From sequence record OZ035777.1: a stretch of DNA of 40,656 nt, one strand, 5' to 3'. The position numbers and the translations under genes are program-made. The notes under the pieces are model-generated. The model was not told the DNA's origin, ran no database searches, and was given only the letters and a program-made list of their open reading frames with translations. The stretch comes from Przondovirus NAN33P1. This document shows positions 1 to 6,281 of the stretch, one piece after another. Position 1 is the first letter of the stretch. Each line of letters opens with the position of its first letter.

Positions 1-29
1 ACTGGAAGAAAGCTAATAAGGAGTAACAT

Positions 30-287
30 ATGGACCTGATTAAGTTCCTCGAAATGTTAGACACTGAGATGGCTCAGCAGATGCTCATGGACCTGAAGAA
101 TCCTGAGAAGCGAACCCCTCAGCTGTACAACGCCATTGGTAAACTACTGGAGCGCCATAAGTTCCAAATCTCTAAGCTGACCCCTGACGTTAACATCTTA
201 GGCGGACTGGCTGAGGGTCTGGAGGCTTACAACTCCAAGGTGGGCGCGGATGGTCTGACAGACGACGATACGTTCACCCTACAGTGA
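30..287 (+). CDS. terminase small subunit / DNA maturase A (T7 gene 18 homolog)
   Basis: 85-aa ORF, ATG at 30 preceded by SD TAAGGAG (16-22). Protein MDLIKFLEMLDT...PQLYNAIGKLLERHKFQI...GLTDDDTFTLQ is collinear with T7 gp18 as I recall it. Sits immediately upstream of Rz and the terminase large subunit. Confidence 0.9.
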   Translation: MDLIKFLEMLDTEMAQQMLMDLKNPEKRTPQLYNAIGKLLERHKFQISKLTPDVNILGGLAEGLEAYNSKVGADGLTDDDTFTLQ

Positions 288-290
288 TAT

Positions 291-325
291 ACTCAAGGTA
301 CTACTATATGTGGTGCCTTTATGGA
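291..325 (+). promoter_or_regulatory. RNase III-type processing hairpin (T7 R18.5-like)
   Basis: ACTCA + 10-bp stem (295-304 pairs with 310-319, two G-U pairs) + TTTATGGA. Same ACTCAAGG...GGCCTTTATGA architecture as the T7 R1.1 RNase III site; position between genes 18 and 18.5 matches T7 R18.5. Confidence 0.6.
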
Positions 326-383
326 TGTCATTGCACTACGCTAGGCGTTCCTACGTGAAAACTGAGAAACAACGGGAGGCATT

Positions 384-830
384 ATGCTGGAAATTACAAA
401 GAGAATCGTCCCGTATCTTGTGGTTATCATGGTGTTCGCCTTCGGGTGGCACTTTGGGTCACAATCCACGGACACCAAATGGAAGGAGGTAATACAGAAT
501 GAGTACGTTCAGAAGCAAACAGCTAGAGCTGAGACTCAGAAAGCGATTGACGCAGTATCGGCTAAGTACCAAGCAGACCTTGAAGGGCTGGAAGGCAGCA
601 CTGATAGGATTATTGCTGATTTGCGTAGCGACAATAAGCGGCTGCGCGTCAGAGTCAAACCTACCAGTGTCGCCGCAGGCCCAGACGGTCGATGCCTCGT
701 TGATGGTTCCGTCGAACTACACGAAGCAACTGCTCGAAGTCTTATCGCAATAACCCAGAAGGCCGACCTCAAAGAGAAGGCCCTACAGGACACAATTCGC
801 AAACTTCAAGGGAAAGGAGGTGAACATTGA
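384..830 (+). CDS. Rz-like i-spanin (T7 gene 18.5 homolog)
   Basis: 148 aa, ATG 384 with SD GGGAGG. N-terminal TM helix ([17 protein letters not shown]) then periplasmic coiled-coil region; collinear with T7 gp18.5 (…[10 protein letters not shown]…DRII(A/S)[14 protein letters not shown]…ALQDTIR). Stop TGA 828-830 overlaps the terminase start. Confidence 0.88.
   Translation: MLEITKRIVPYLVVIMVFAFGWHFGSQSTDTKWKEVIQNEYVQKQTARAETQKAIDAVSAKYQADLEGLEGSTDRIIADLRSDNKRLRVRVKPTSVAAGPDGRCLVDGSVELHEATARSLIAITQKADLKEKALQDTIRKLQGKGGEH
499..753 (+). CDS. Rz1-like o-spanin lipoprotein, embedded in the +1 frame of Rz (T7 gene 18.7 homolog)
   Basis: 84-aa ORF entirely inside the Rz gene in another frame. ATG 499 with SD GGAAGGAGG (481-489). 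Hydrophobic stretch ending in a lipobox-like ISGC, then a Pro-rich periplasmic tail. Classic embedded Rz/Rz1 arrangement. Confidence 0.7.
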   Translation: MSTFRSKQLELRLRKRLTQYRLSTKQTLKGWKAALIGLLLICVATISGCASESNLPVSPQAQTVDASLMVPSNYTKQLLEVLSQ

Positions 831-2584
831 GTAACTCTCAGCAAGCCAAGAACGCCTTAATCATTGCGCAACTGAAGGGTGACTTTGTCGCCTTTCTCTT
901 CGTGCTATGGAAGGCCCTGAACCTGCCGGAACCAACCAAATGTCAAATCGACATGGCCAAGTGTCTGGCAGACCCAAAGAACAAGAAGTTCATCCTTCAG
1001 GCTTTCCGTGGTATCGGGAAGTCGTTCATCACGTGTGCGTTCGTAGTGTGGACCCTGTGGCGTGACCCTCAGTTAAAGATATTGATTGTCTCAGCCTCAA
1101 AGGAACGTGCGGACGCTAACTCCATCTTCATCAAGAACATCATCGACTTGTTGCCTTTCCTGAGTGAGCTTAAGCCTCGCCCCGGTCAGCGTGACTCCGT
1201 GATTAGCTTCGATGTAGGCCCTGCCAAGCCGGACCACAGCCCGTCAGTTAAGTCTGTGGGTATTACAGGTCAGCTTACTGGTAGCCGTGCCGATATCATC
1301 ATTGCGGATGACGTGGAGATTCCCGGTAACTCTGCAACCCAAGGTGCCCGCGAGAAACTCTGGACGCTGGTTCAGGAGTTCGCCGCACTGTTGAAACCTC
1401 TGCCGACTAGCCGTGTTATCTATCTGGGGACCCCTCAGACCGAGATGACGCTCTACAAGGAACTTGAGGACAACCGTGGGTACTCGACGATTATCTGGCC
1501 TGCACAGTATCCCCGCTCCAAAGAGGAAGACCTGTACTACGGCGACCGTCTGGCTCCGATGCTCCGCATTGAGTACGATGAGGACAAAGAGGGCCTAAGT
1601 AGCCAACCTACCGACCCGGTGCGATTCGACTCCATGGACCTTCAGGAACGTGAGGTGGAATACGGCAAGGCTGGCTATACGCTTCAGTTCATGCTCAACC
1701 CGAACCTCAGTGACGCCGAGAAGTACCCTCTACGCCTCCGTGACGCTATCGTGTGCGGTCTACAGATGGACAAGGCCCCAATGCACTACCAGTGGCTTCC
1801 GAACCGTCAGAACCGCAATGAGGAGCTTCCTAACGTGGGCATGAAGGGTGACGAGATTTACTCCTTCCATACAGCCTCAAGTAACACTGGTGCGTATCAG
1901 GGTAAGATTCTGGTCATTGACCCAAGTGGTCGCGGTAAGGATGAGACTGGCTGGTGCGTTCTATACACCCTCAACGGCTACATCTACTTGATGGACGCTG
2001 GTGGTACTCGTGGTTACGAAGAGAAGTCCCTTGAGTTCCTCGCTAAGAAGGCTAAGCAGTGGCAGGTGCAGACTGTGGTCTTCGAGAGTAACTTCGGTGA
2101 CGGTATGTTCGGTAACGTGTTCCAGCCTGTGCTCCTGAAGCATCACCCAGCGCAACTCGAAGAGATTCGTGCTCGTGGTATGAAAGAGGTCCGTATCTGC
2201 GATACCCTTGAGCCTGTACTGGCAAGTCACCGCTTGGTTATCCGTGATGAGGTAATCCGTCAGGACTACCAGACAGCACGCGATGCAGACGGTAAGCACG
2301 CTCTGAAGTACAGCCTGTTCTACCAGATGACCCGTATGAGCCGTGAGAAGGGCGCTGTGGCACATGACGACCGACTTGATGCGTTAGCATTGGGTGTCGA
2401 GTTCCTACGCTCTACGATGCAGCAAGACGCTGTGAAGATAGAGGCTGAGGTACTTCAGGAGTTCTTGGAGTACCACATGGAGAAACCTCTGAGTAACATC
2501 TCCCAGTTCCGGGCCACAAGCAGTAACGGTGTGGACATCCGGTGGGAAGACGATGGGGATGACTCTATGTTCATCTCATGGTGA
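827..2584 (+). CDS. terminase large subunit / DNA maturase B (T7 gene 19 homolog)
   Basis: 585 aa, near-collinear with T7 gp19 (…[17 protein letters not shown]…[15 protein letters not shown]…[14 protein letters not shown]…[16 protein letters not shown]…). Start is TTG at 827 (the frame is closed by TGA at 821-823) with SD AAGGAGG at 814-820. Confidence 0.95.
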   Translation: MSNSQQAKNALIIAQLKGDFVAFLFVLWKALNLPEPTKCQIDMAKCLADPKNKKFILQAFRGIGKSFITCAFVVWTLWRDPQLKILIVSASKERADANSIFIKNIIDLLPFLSELKPRPGQRDSVISFDVGPAKPDHSPSVKSVGITGQLTGSRADIIIADDVEIPGNSATQGAREKLWTLVQEFAALLKPLPTSRVIYLGTPQTEMTLYKELEDNRGYSTIIWPAQYPRSKEEDLYYGDRLAPMLRIEYDEDKEGLSSQPTDPVRFDSMDLQEREVEYGKAGYTLQFMLNPNLSDAEKYPLRLRDAIVCGLQMDKAPMHYQWLPNRQNRNEELPNVGMKGDEIYSFHTASSNTGAYQGKILVIDPSGRGKDETGWCVLYTLNGYIYLMDAGGTRGYEEKSLEFLAKKAKQWQVQTVVFESNFGDGMFGNVFQPVLLKHHPAQLEEIRARGMKEVRICDTLEPVLASHRLVIRDEVIRQDYQTARDADGKHALKYSLFYQMTRMSREKGAVAHDDRLDALALGVEFLRSTMQQDAVKIEAEVLQEFLEYHMEKPLSNISQFRATSSNGVDIRWEDDGDDSMFISW

Positions 2585-2664
2585 TTATGCAGTGATTGTG
2601 CATAAGGATTCATTAGGCCAAGGAAGGCCACTTTTGGAAAACTCTAAGCATAACAGACACTTGG

Positions 2665-2687
2665 AATTAGGTAGCACTATAGGGAGA
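2665..2687 (+). promoter_or_regulatory. phage RNAP promoter (phi-OR-like, after gene 19)
   Basis: AATTAGGTAGCACTATAGGGAGA, exact match to the 23-bp consensus shared by 13 sites in this window; predicted +1 is G at 2682. Position matches T7 phi-OR. Confidence 0.8.
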
Positions 2688-2827
2688 GACCCAAGGTTAC
2701 ATACTATAAGACTACTTAAAGTTTCATTCATATAGATATGCACTTTAAGTCTCCTCTATGAGAGAGGGTAGTGATGATAATATCACCCTCTAACTATAAG
2801 ACACTAGAGCCAACATAAGGAGGACCT

Positions 2828-2977
2828 ATGCGCTTACTGTTAACCTTACTGCGCCATAGGACTACTTGGCGATTTCTGCTGGTACTTGCTGGTGCCCTTG
2901 GGGCTTCACTGGTTACTCAGCAGCAACTCAGTGGACTGGAGACTCTCGTGTGCTCTCTACTCACTTGTAGCGATTAG
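2828..2977 (+). CDS. gene 19.5-like small protein
   Basis: 49-aa ORF not in the supplied track (<60 aa): MRLLLTLLRHRTTWRFLLVLAGALGASLVTQQQLSGLETLVCSLLTCSD. ATG 2828 with SD TAAGGAGG (2816-2823), stop TAG 2975-2977. Last gene before the genome end, as T7 gene 19.5. Confidence 0.6.
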   Translation: MRLLLTLLRHRTTWRFLLVLAGALGASLVTQQQLSGLETLVCSLLTCSD

Positions 2978-3161
2978 GGTCTTCCTGACGCGCTAGGGAT
3001 TCCGTAGTGATGCTTATCAGCATACACCACTCCATCCCTCTACAGTCAATACTTAAAGTTAACCTTAGGTGATTCATTGGGTCCACCTACGGGTCTATGC
3101 AATGACCTGAGGACTACCTGAGGTTACCTTTAAGAATATGACATAAAGTTCTGAGCGTACA

Positions 3162-3342
3162 TCTCATAGTTTACACTTTTGGTTATCCCCCCCGGTACCC
3201 TCTCAGTCCACCCAAAGTAACCATAGGCCACCCTAAACCTTCGGTTTAACCTTAGGTGGGACTGATGGGAAACCTTTGGTGATACTATATGTTGTGGTGA
3301 GTGGGACCTTGGGATACTATATGTTGATGTCTCTGTGTCCCT
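3162..3342 (+). repeat. predicted terminal repeat region (single collapsed copy) with the physical left genome end near 3162
   Basis: 3162 begins TCTCATAGTTTACAC (T7 left end is TCTCACAGTGTACGG); a C7 run, ACCTTCGGTT, and ...TGTCTCTGTGTCCCT|ATCTGTT at 3329-3348 parallel the T7 terminal repeat and its right boundary as recalled from memory. Boundaries are approximate. Confidence 0.4.
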
Positions 3343-3471
3343 ATCTGTTGGTACTCATTAAGTCACACCTGAGGTAACTACCTGAGGTAATACCGGAGAC
3401 CATATACCTTAGGTTAACCGATGGTACATTAGGTTGAGACTCTTAGATAGTGGTTATCCAGTCATTTACAC

Positions 3472-3494
3472 AATTAGGTATCACTATAGGGAGA
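3472..3494 (+). promoter_or_regulatory. phage RNAP promoter (phi-OL-like, left end)
   Basis: AATTAGGTATCACTATAGGGAGA, one mismatch to consensus (G to T at -8); +1 G at 3489. Lies just upstream of the host-type early promoters, as phi-OL does in T7. Confidence 0.65.
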
Positions 3495-3571
3495 CACTCT
3501 GAGTATTACTAAGAGACCATCACCATAAAGACAACCATCACTATAGGTCTACTTAAAGTTAACTTAGAGTA

Positions 3572-3600
3572 TTGACATTAAGAATACACTGTGAGACTAT
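3572..3600 (+). promoter_or_regulatory. host sigma70-type early promoter (T7 A1 homolog)
   Basis: -35 TTGACA 3572-3577, 17-bp spacer, -10 GACTAT 3595-3600. Upstream AGAGTATTGAC is identical to the T7 A1 promoter upstream region as recalled. Confidence 0.6.
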
Positions 3601-3704
3601 AGCAACCGTTGAGAGACACAACGCTACCAACCACTAGCATACTTCGAGTTACTAGATGGATGCTGAAGGGTCTCAAGTAGCTATCAACCGGCATACGAAA
3701 GTGG

Positions 3705-3733
3705 TTGACTCAACGATGAACAAGTAGTAAGAT
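3705..3733 (+). promoter_or_regulatory. host sigma70-type early promoter (A2/A3-like)
   Basis: -35 TTGACT 3705-3710, 17-bp spacer, -10 TAAGAT 3728-3733; about 175 bp upstream of the first early gene. Confidence 0.5.
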
Positions 3734-3907
3734 GCACCACAGATTCACGAAGTATCGCTCTTTTACAATATGGATTAGCTGACATGTACATCACTCATCA
3801 CTTAGTGTTTAACTAGTGGTTACATTCAGGTCTCTGGCAAGGTACGTCCTGTCACCCTGAGAGTAGCCACACTGATAACCACTAATGTAACATTGAGGAT
3901 ATACACC

Positions 3908-4375
3908 ATGATTCACACGAAAGAACCAGCCAACAAAGTATTTGTATTCGTTACCGCTTACCGTGGGTACGAGTCACTCGAAGTTAACGAGAAGGTACTC
4001 AAGGGCCTCATTCGCACCATTAAGACCTATCCGGGAGCGTATGGCAACATTCGTGATGAGAACGTACAAGGATGCTTTAAGGAGGCTGGTATACCTGAGG
4101 CAACGCAAGAGCGCACGCTTAAGGTGGAATGTACCGTCAAACAAGCGGCTGAGCTGTCATGGTTAGCATGTAAGACCTACCATCAAGACGCTGTACTGGT
4201 GGTTAACTCACAGACTCACACGGCCTCTCTGTGGTCTATCGAGGACAAGGGCGAATACCCAATGGTATACCCATGCTTGAAAGAGGTGTCTTTGGGTGGC
4301 ACGCTGCAACAGGTTGATGCACCTAAGGGTGAATGCTATTCGGTAATCGACGGGCAATACTGGGAGGTGGTGTAA
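3908..4375 (+). CDS. S-adenosylmethionine lyase (T3 gene 0.3 SAMase homolog, anti-restriction)
   Basis: 155 aa from ATG 3908 (SD GAGGA 3895-3899). MIHTKEPANKVFVFVTAYRG...SQTHTASLW... is collinear with the T3 SAMase as recalled (MIFTKEPANVFYVLVSAFRS...SQTHTAGLV). First early gene. Confidence 0.8.
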   Translation: MIHTKEPANKVFVFVTAYRGYESLEVNEKVLKGLIRTIKTYPGAYGNIRDENVQGCFKEAGIPEATQERTLKVECTVKQAAELSWLACKTYHQDAVLVVNSQTHTASLWSIEDKGEYPMVYPCLKEVSLGGTLQQVDAPKGECYSVIDGQYWEVV

Positions 4376-4575
4376 TGAGTAAGCTACTAGCGATATCCAA
4401 AATAACAGGGCAATACACTGTAACACTACGGGAGTACCCGCACGGTAAAATGGGGAGTACCTACACTGTGCGATACGGTAAGCAGGTAAAACACTGGGAC
4501 AACGTGGTACTAGCTCAGGAGGATTATCAATCGTGCGTAGTACATCAATCAACTTGCGCTGGGTGGAATTACTGA
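4375..4575 (+). CDS. hypothetical early protein (66 aa)
   Basis: ATG 4375 overlaps the SAMase stop (TAATG), SD GGAGG 4362-4366. MSKLLAISKITGQYTVTLREYPHGK... No homolog recognised. Confidence 0.5.
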   Translation: MSKLLAISKITGQYTVTLREYPHGKMGSTYTVRYGKQVKHWDNVVLAQEDYQSCVVHQSTCAGWNY

Positions 4576-4757
4576 TGAAACACTACGGAATCACACAGCA
4601 GGATCTCAAGATCACTCGCAAGGCCATGAAGGTGGCCCTGATGTATGTCAACCAGTCACCTGAAGACATGAACGCATGGCACGGCTACTATATGGCCCAG
4701 CTGGCAGCAATTTATCATACTCGTAAGGTAATGTATGATAACCCTGTTCGTAATTAG
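4575..4757 (+). CDS. hypothetical early protein (60 aa)
   Basis: ATG 4575 overlaps the upstream stop (TGATG), translationally coupled. MKHYGITQQDLKITRKAMKVALMYVNQSPEDMNAWHGYYM... Confidence 0.5.
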   Translation: MKHYGITQQDLKITRKAMKVALMYVNQSPEDMNAWHGYYMAQLAAIYHTRKVMYDNPVRN

Positions 4758-4932
4758 TGTGTACGCCCTGATTGTCCTGTACTTTGTGCGGGACTTTCGC
4801 AAGGGTCTTAATGTACACAAAGCATCATTCAGTTACCTGAAGTGGGGCGTGCTGCCTCGCTTTACTGTAAGACTACCTAATGGCCGCTTTAAGGCAAACA
4901 AAGTGGGGATATTCTATGTCGCAACGCACTAA
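4735..4932 (+). CDS. hypothetical early membrane protein (65 aa)
   Basis: ATG 4735 overlaps the previous gene; N-terminal hydrophobic helix (ITLFVISVYALIVLYFV) then a basic tail. Confidence 0.5.
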   Translation: MITLFVISVYALIVLYFVRDFRKGLNVHKASFSYLKWGVLPRFTVRLPNGRFKANKVGIFYVATH

Positions 4933-5149
4933 CCTGAAGAAAGCATTCAAGATTGCACGGATGGTTATGACCTACGGTGCATCCGAACGCGCCACAAAGA
5001 AAGCATACATCAGGCACCACATACGACTACCAGCAAGACAGCAGCGATGGGTAATACGTAGCGTGCACATTCAACTACACGAGCCATTCATGGTCCCTAA
5101 GGACCTCGTTCCATCAGCAACTGGTTTTGCAAAGCGCCAAGAGTTTTAG
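4916..5149 (+). CDS. hypothetical basic early protein (77 aa)
   Basis: ATG 4916 (GGGGA 6 nt upstream); an alternative in-frame ATG exists at 4880. Lys/Arg-rich: MSQRTNLKKAFKIARMVMTYGASERATKKAYIRHHIRLPARQQRW... Confidence 0.45.
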   Translation: MSQRTNLKKAFKIARMVMTYGASERATKKAYIRHHIRLPARQQRWVIRSVHIQLHEPFMVPKDLVPSATGFAKRQEF

Positions 5150-5192
5150 CACTCGTTAACACCACACACTACTATTTAAAGGAAACAACTAA

Positions 5193-6212
5193 ATGAACTA
5201 CACCGACATGCAAGAACGCTTAGACGTCATCCGTAACCTACCAATCTGTGAACTCGACAAGCGCCAACCGCTATTGGTTGCACTCATCGCGGACATTGTG
5301 AACTACGAGACGTCTGACGGTGACGATACAGCTAGCAGCTGTGGTCTGGAAAGTCAGTACTACTGGCAAACACTGAAGATTAAGGCCAAAGACGCCGGGT
5401 TTAACCTGCTGGGTAATGGTCACTTCAGCGCAGCGTTTAAGCACGAGCTACTACCGGGTAGGGTCATCAAGGTTGGCTTTAAGAAAGAAGACTCTGGGGC
5501 CGCTTACGTAGCATTCTGCCGGATGCATCAAGGTCGTGACGGTATTCCTAACGTCTATCACGTAGCGCGTCACGCTGGGTGCTACACGGTGGTACTAGAT
5601 GAGTTGTTACCGTGTCAACGCTACGAGGATGATGACCACGACCATTATGCAGACTTAGCGTTTCAATTCGTTGAGTGCACAGGCTACGACCATGAGGATT
5701 ACCGCAAGGATGACCAGCCGTTCATCGAAACGTGCCAGATGATTCGCAAGTTCTTCTACGGGATTGCGTCCTTTGATATGCATAGTGGTAACATCATGTT
5801 CACCAAAGACGGCAAGCCAGTGATTACCGACCCGGTGTCATTCTCGCATGACCGCGAACGTGAGTCGTTCTCACTGGAACCTGAGGAACTGCTCGCAGAG
5901 ATTGAGCAGATAGCGCACGATAAGATGATTGAACGCTGCAAGCGCAACAAGGCTAAGCGTGACCCGAACGGGGAGCTGCGCATCGCACGCCGTAAGGCCA
6001 ATAAGGAACGTCGGGCTGCCAACAAGGCACACGCTAGGTGGCGCAAGGAGCGCGAACGTGAACGTGAGCAGTATCACGTAGAAGCCTTAAAGGCAGACAT
6101 AGCGAGCATTGAAGCGCGCGTTCCGGTGTGGTGCAGGGGACCGGGCCTAGCGATACAAATGGGCAAGCCACTACCAATCGACAACTACCTTCAGGCTAGA
6201 CTTATGGGTTAA
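5193..6212 (+). CDS. serine/threonine protein kinase, host shutoff (T7 gene 0.7 homolog)
   Basis: 339 aa; LPICELDKRQ...AGFNLLGNGHFSAAF...RVIKVGFKKEDSGAAY(V/T)AFCRM.QGR.GIPNVY.V.RHAGCYTVVLD...IRKFF.GIASFDMHSGNIMF...ITDPVSFS is collinear with T7 gp0.7, followed by a basic Arg/Lys-rich C-terminal region. Confidence 0.92.
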   Translation: MNYTDMQERLDVIRNLPICELDKRQPLLVALIADIVNYETSDGDDTASSCGLESQYYWQTLKIKAKDAGFNLLGNGHFSAAFKHELLPGRVIKVGFKKEDSGAAYVAFCRMHQGRDGIPNVYHVARHAGCYTVVLDELLPCQRYEDDDHDHYADLAFQFVECTGYDHEDYRKDDQPFIETCQMIRKFFYGIASFDMHSGNIMFTKDGKPVITDPVSFSHDRERESFSLEPEELLAEIEQIAHDKMIERCKRNKAKRDPNGELRIARRKANKERRAANKAHARWRKEREREREQYHVEALKADIASIEARVPVWCRGPGLAIQMGKPLPIDNYLQARLMG

Positions 6213-6281
6213 CGAGGTGTATCTTAGGTGTCTCCACTGCGAGGCACCAATAGATAAACTTTATTCACAAAGAGGCACACA

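Noticed and set aside
2613-2635. Weak hairpin GGCC...GGCC followed by ACTTTT after gene 19
   Set aside because: Only a 4-bp stem with a short T run; it lies upstream of the phi-OR promoter where read-through is expected in T7-like phages. Not convincing as a terminator.
2529-2735. 68-aa + strand ORF overlapping the terminase 3-prime end and the phi-OR promoter
   Set aside because: It starts inside gene 19 in another frame, has no SD, and runs through the promoter; the real small gene in this region is the 49-aa gene 19.5-like ORF at 2828..2977.
3533-3551. Promoter-like CATCACTATAGGTCT (and similar CTATAAG at 2703-2712)
   Set aside because: Only the -7 to +2 core matches; the -17 to -8 specificity region does not fit the consensus. 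Likely a promoter relic rather than a functional site.
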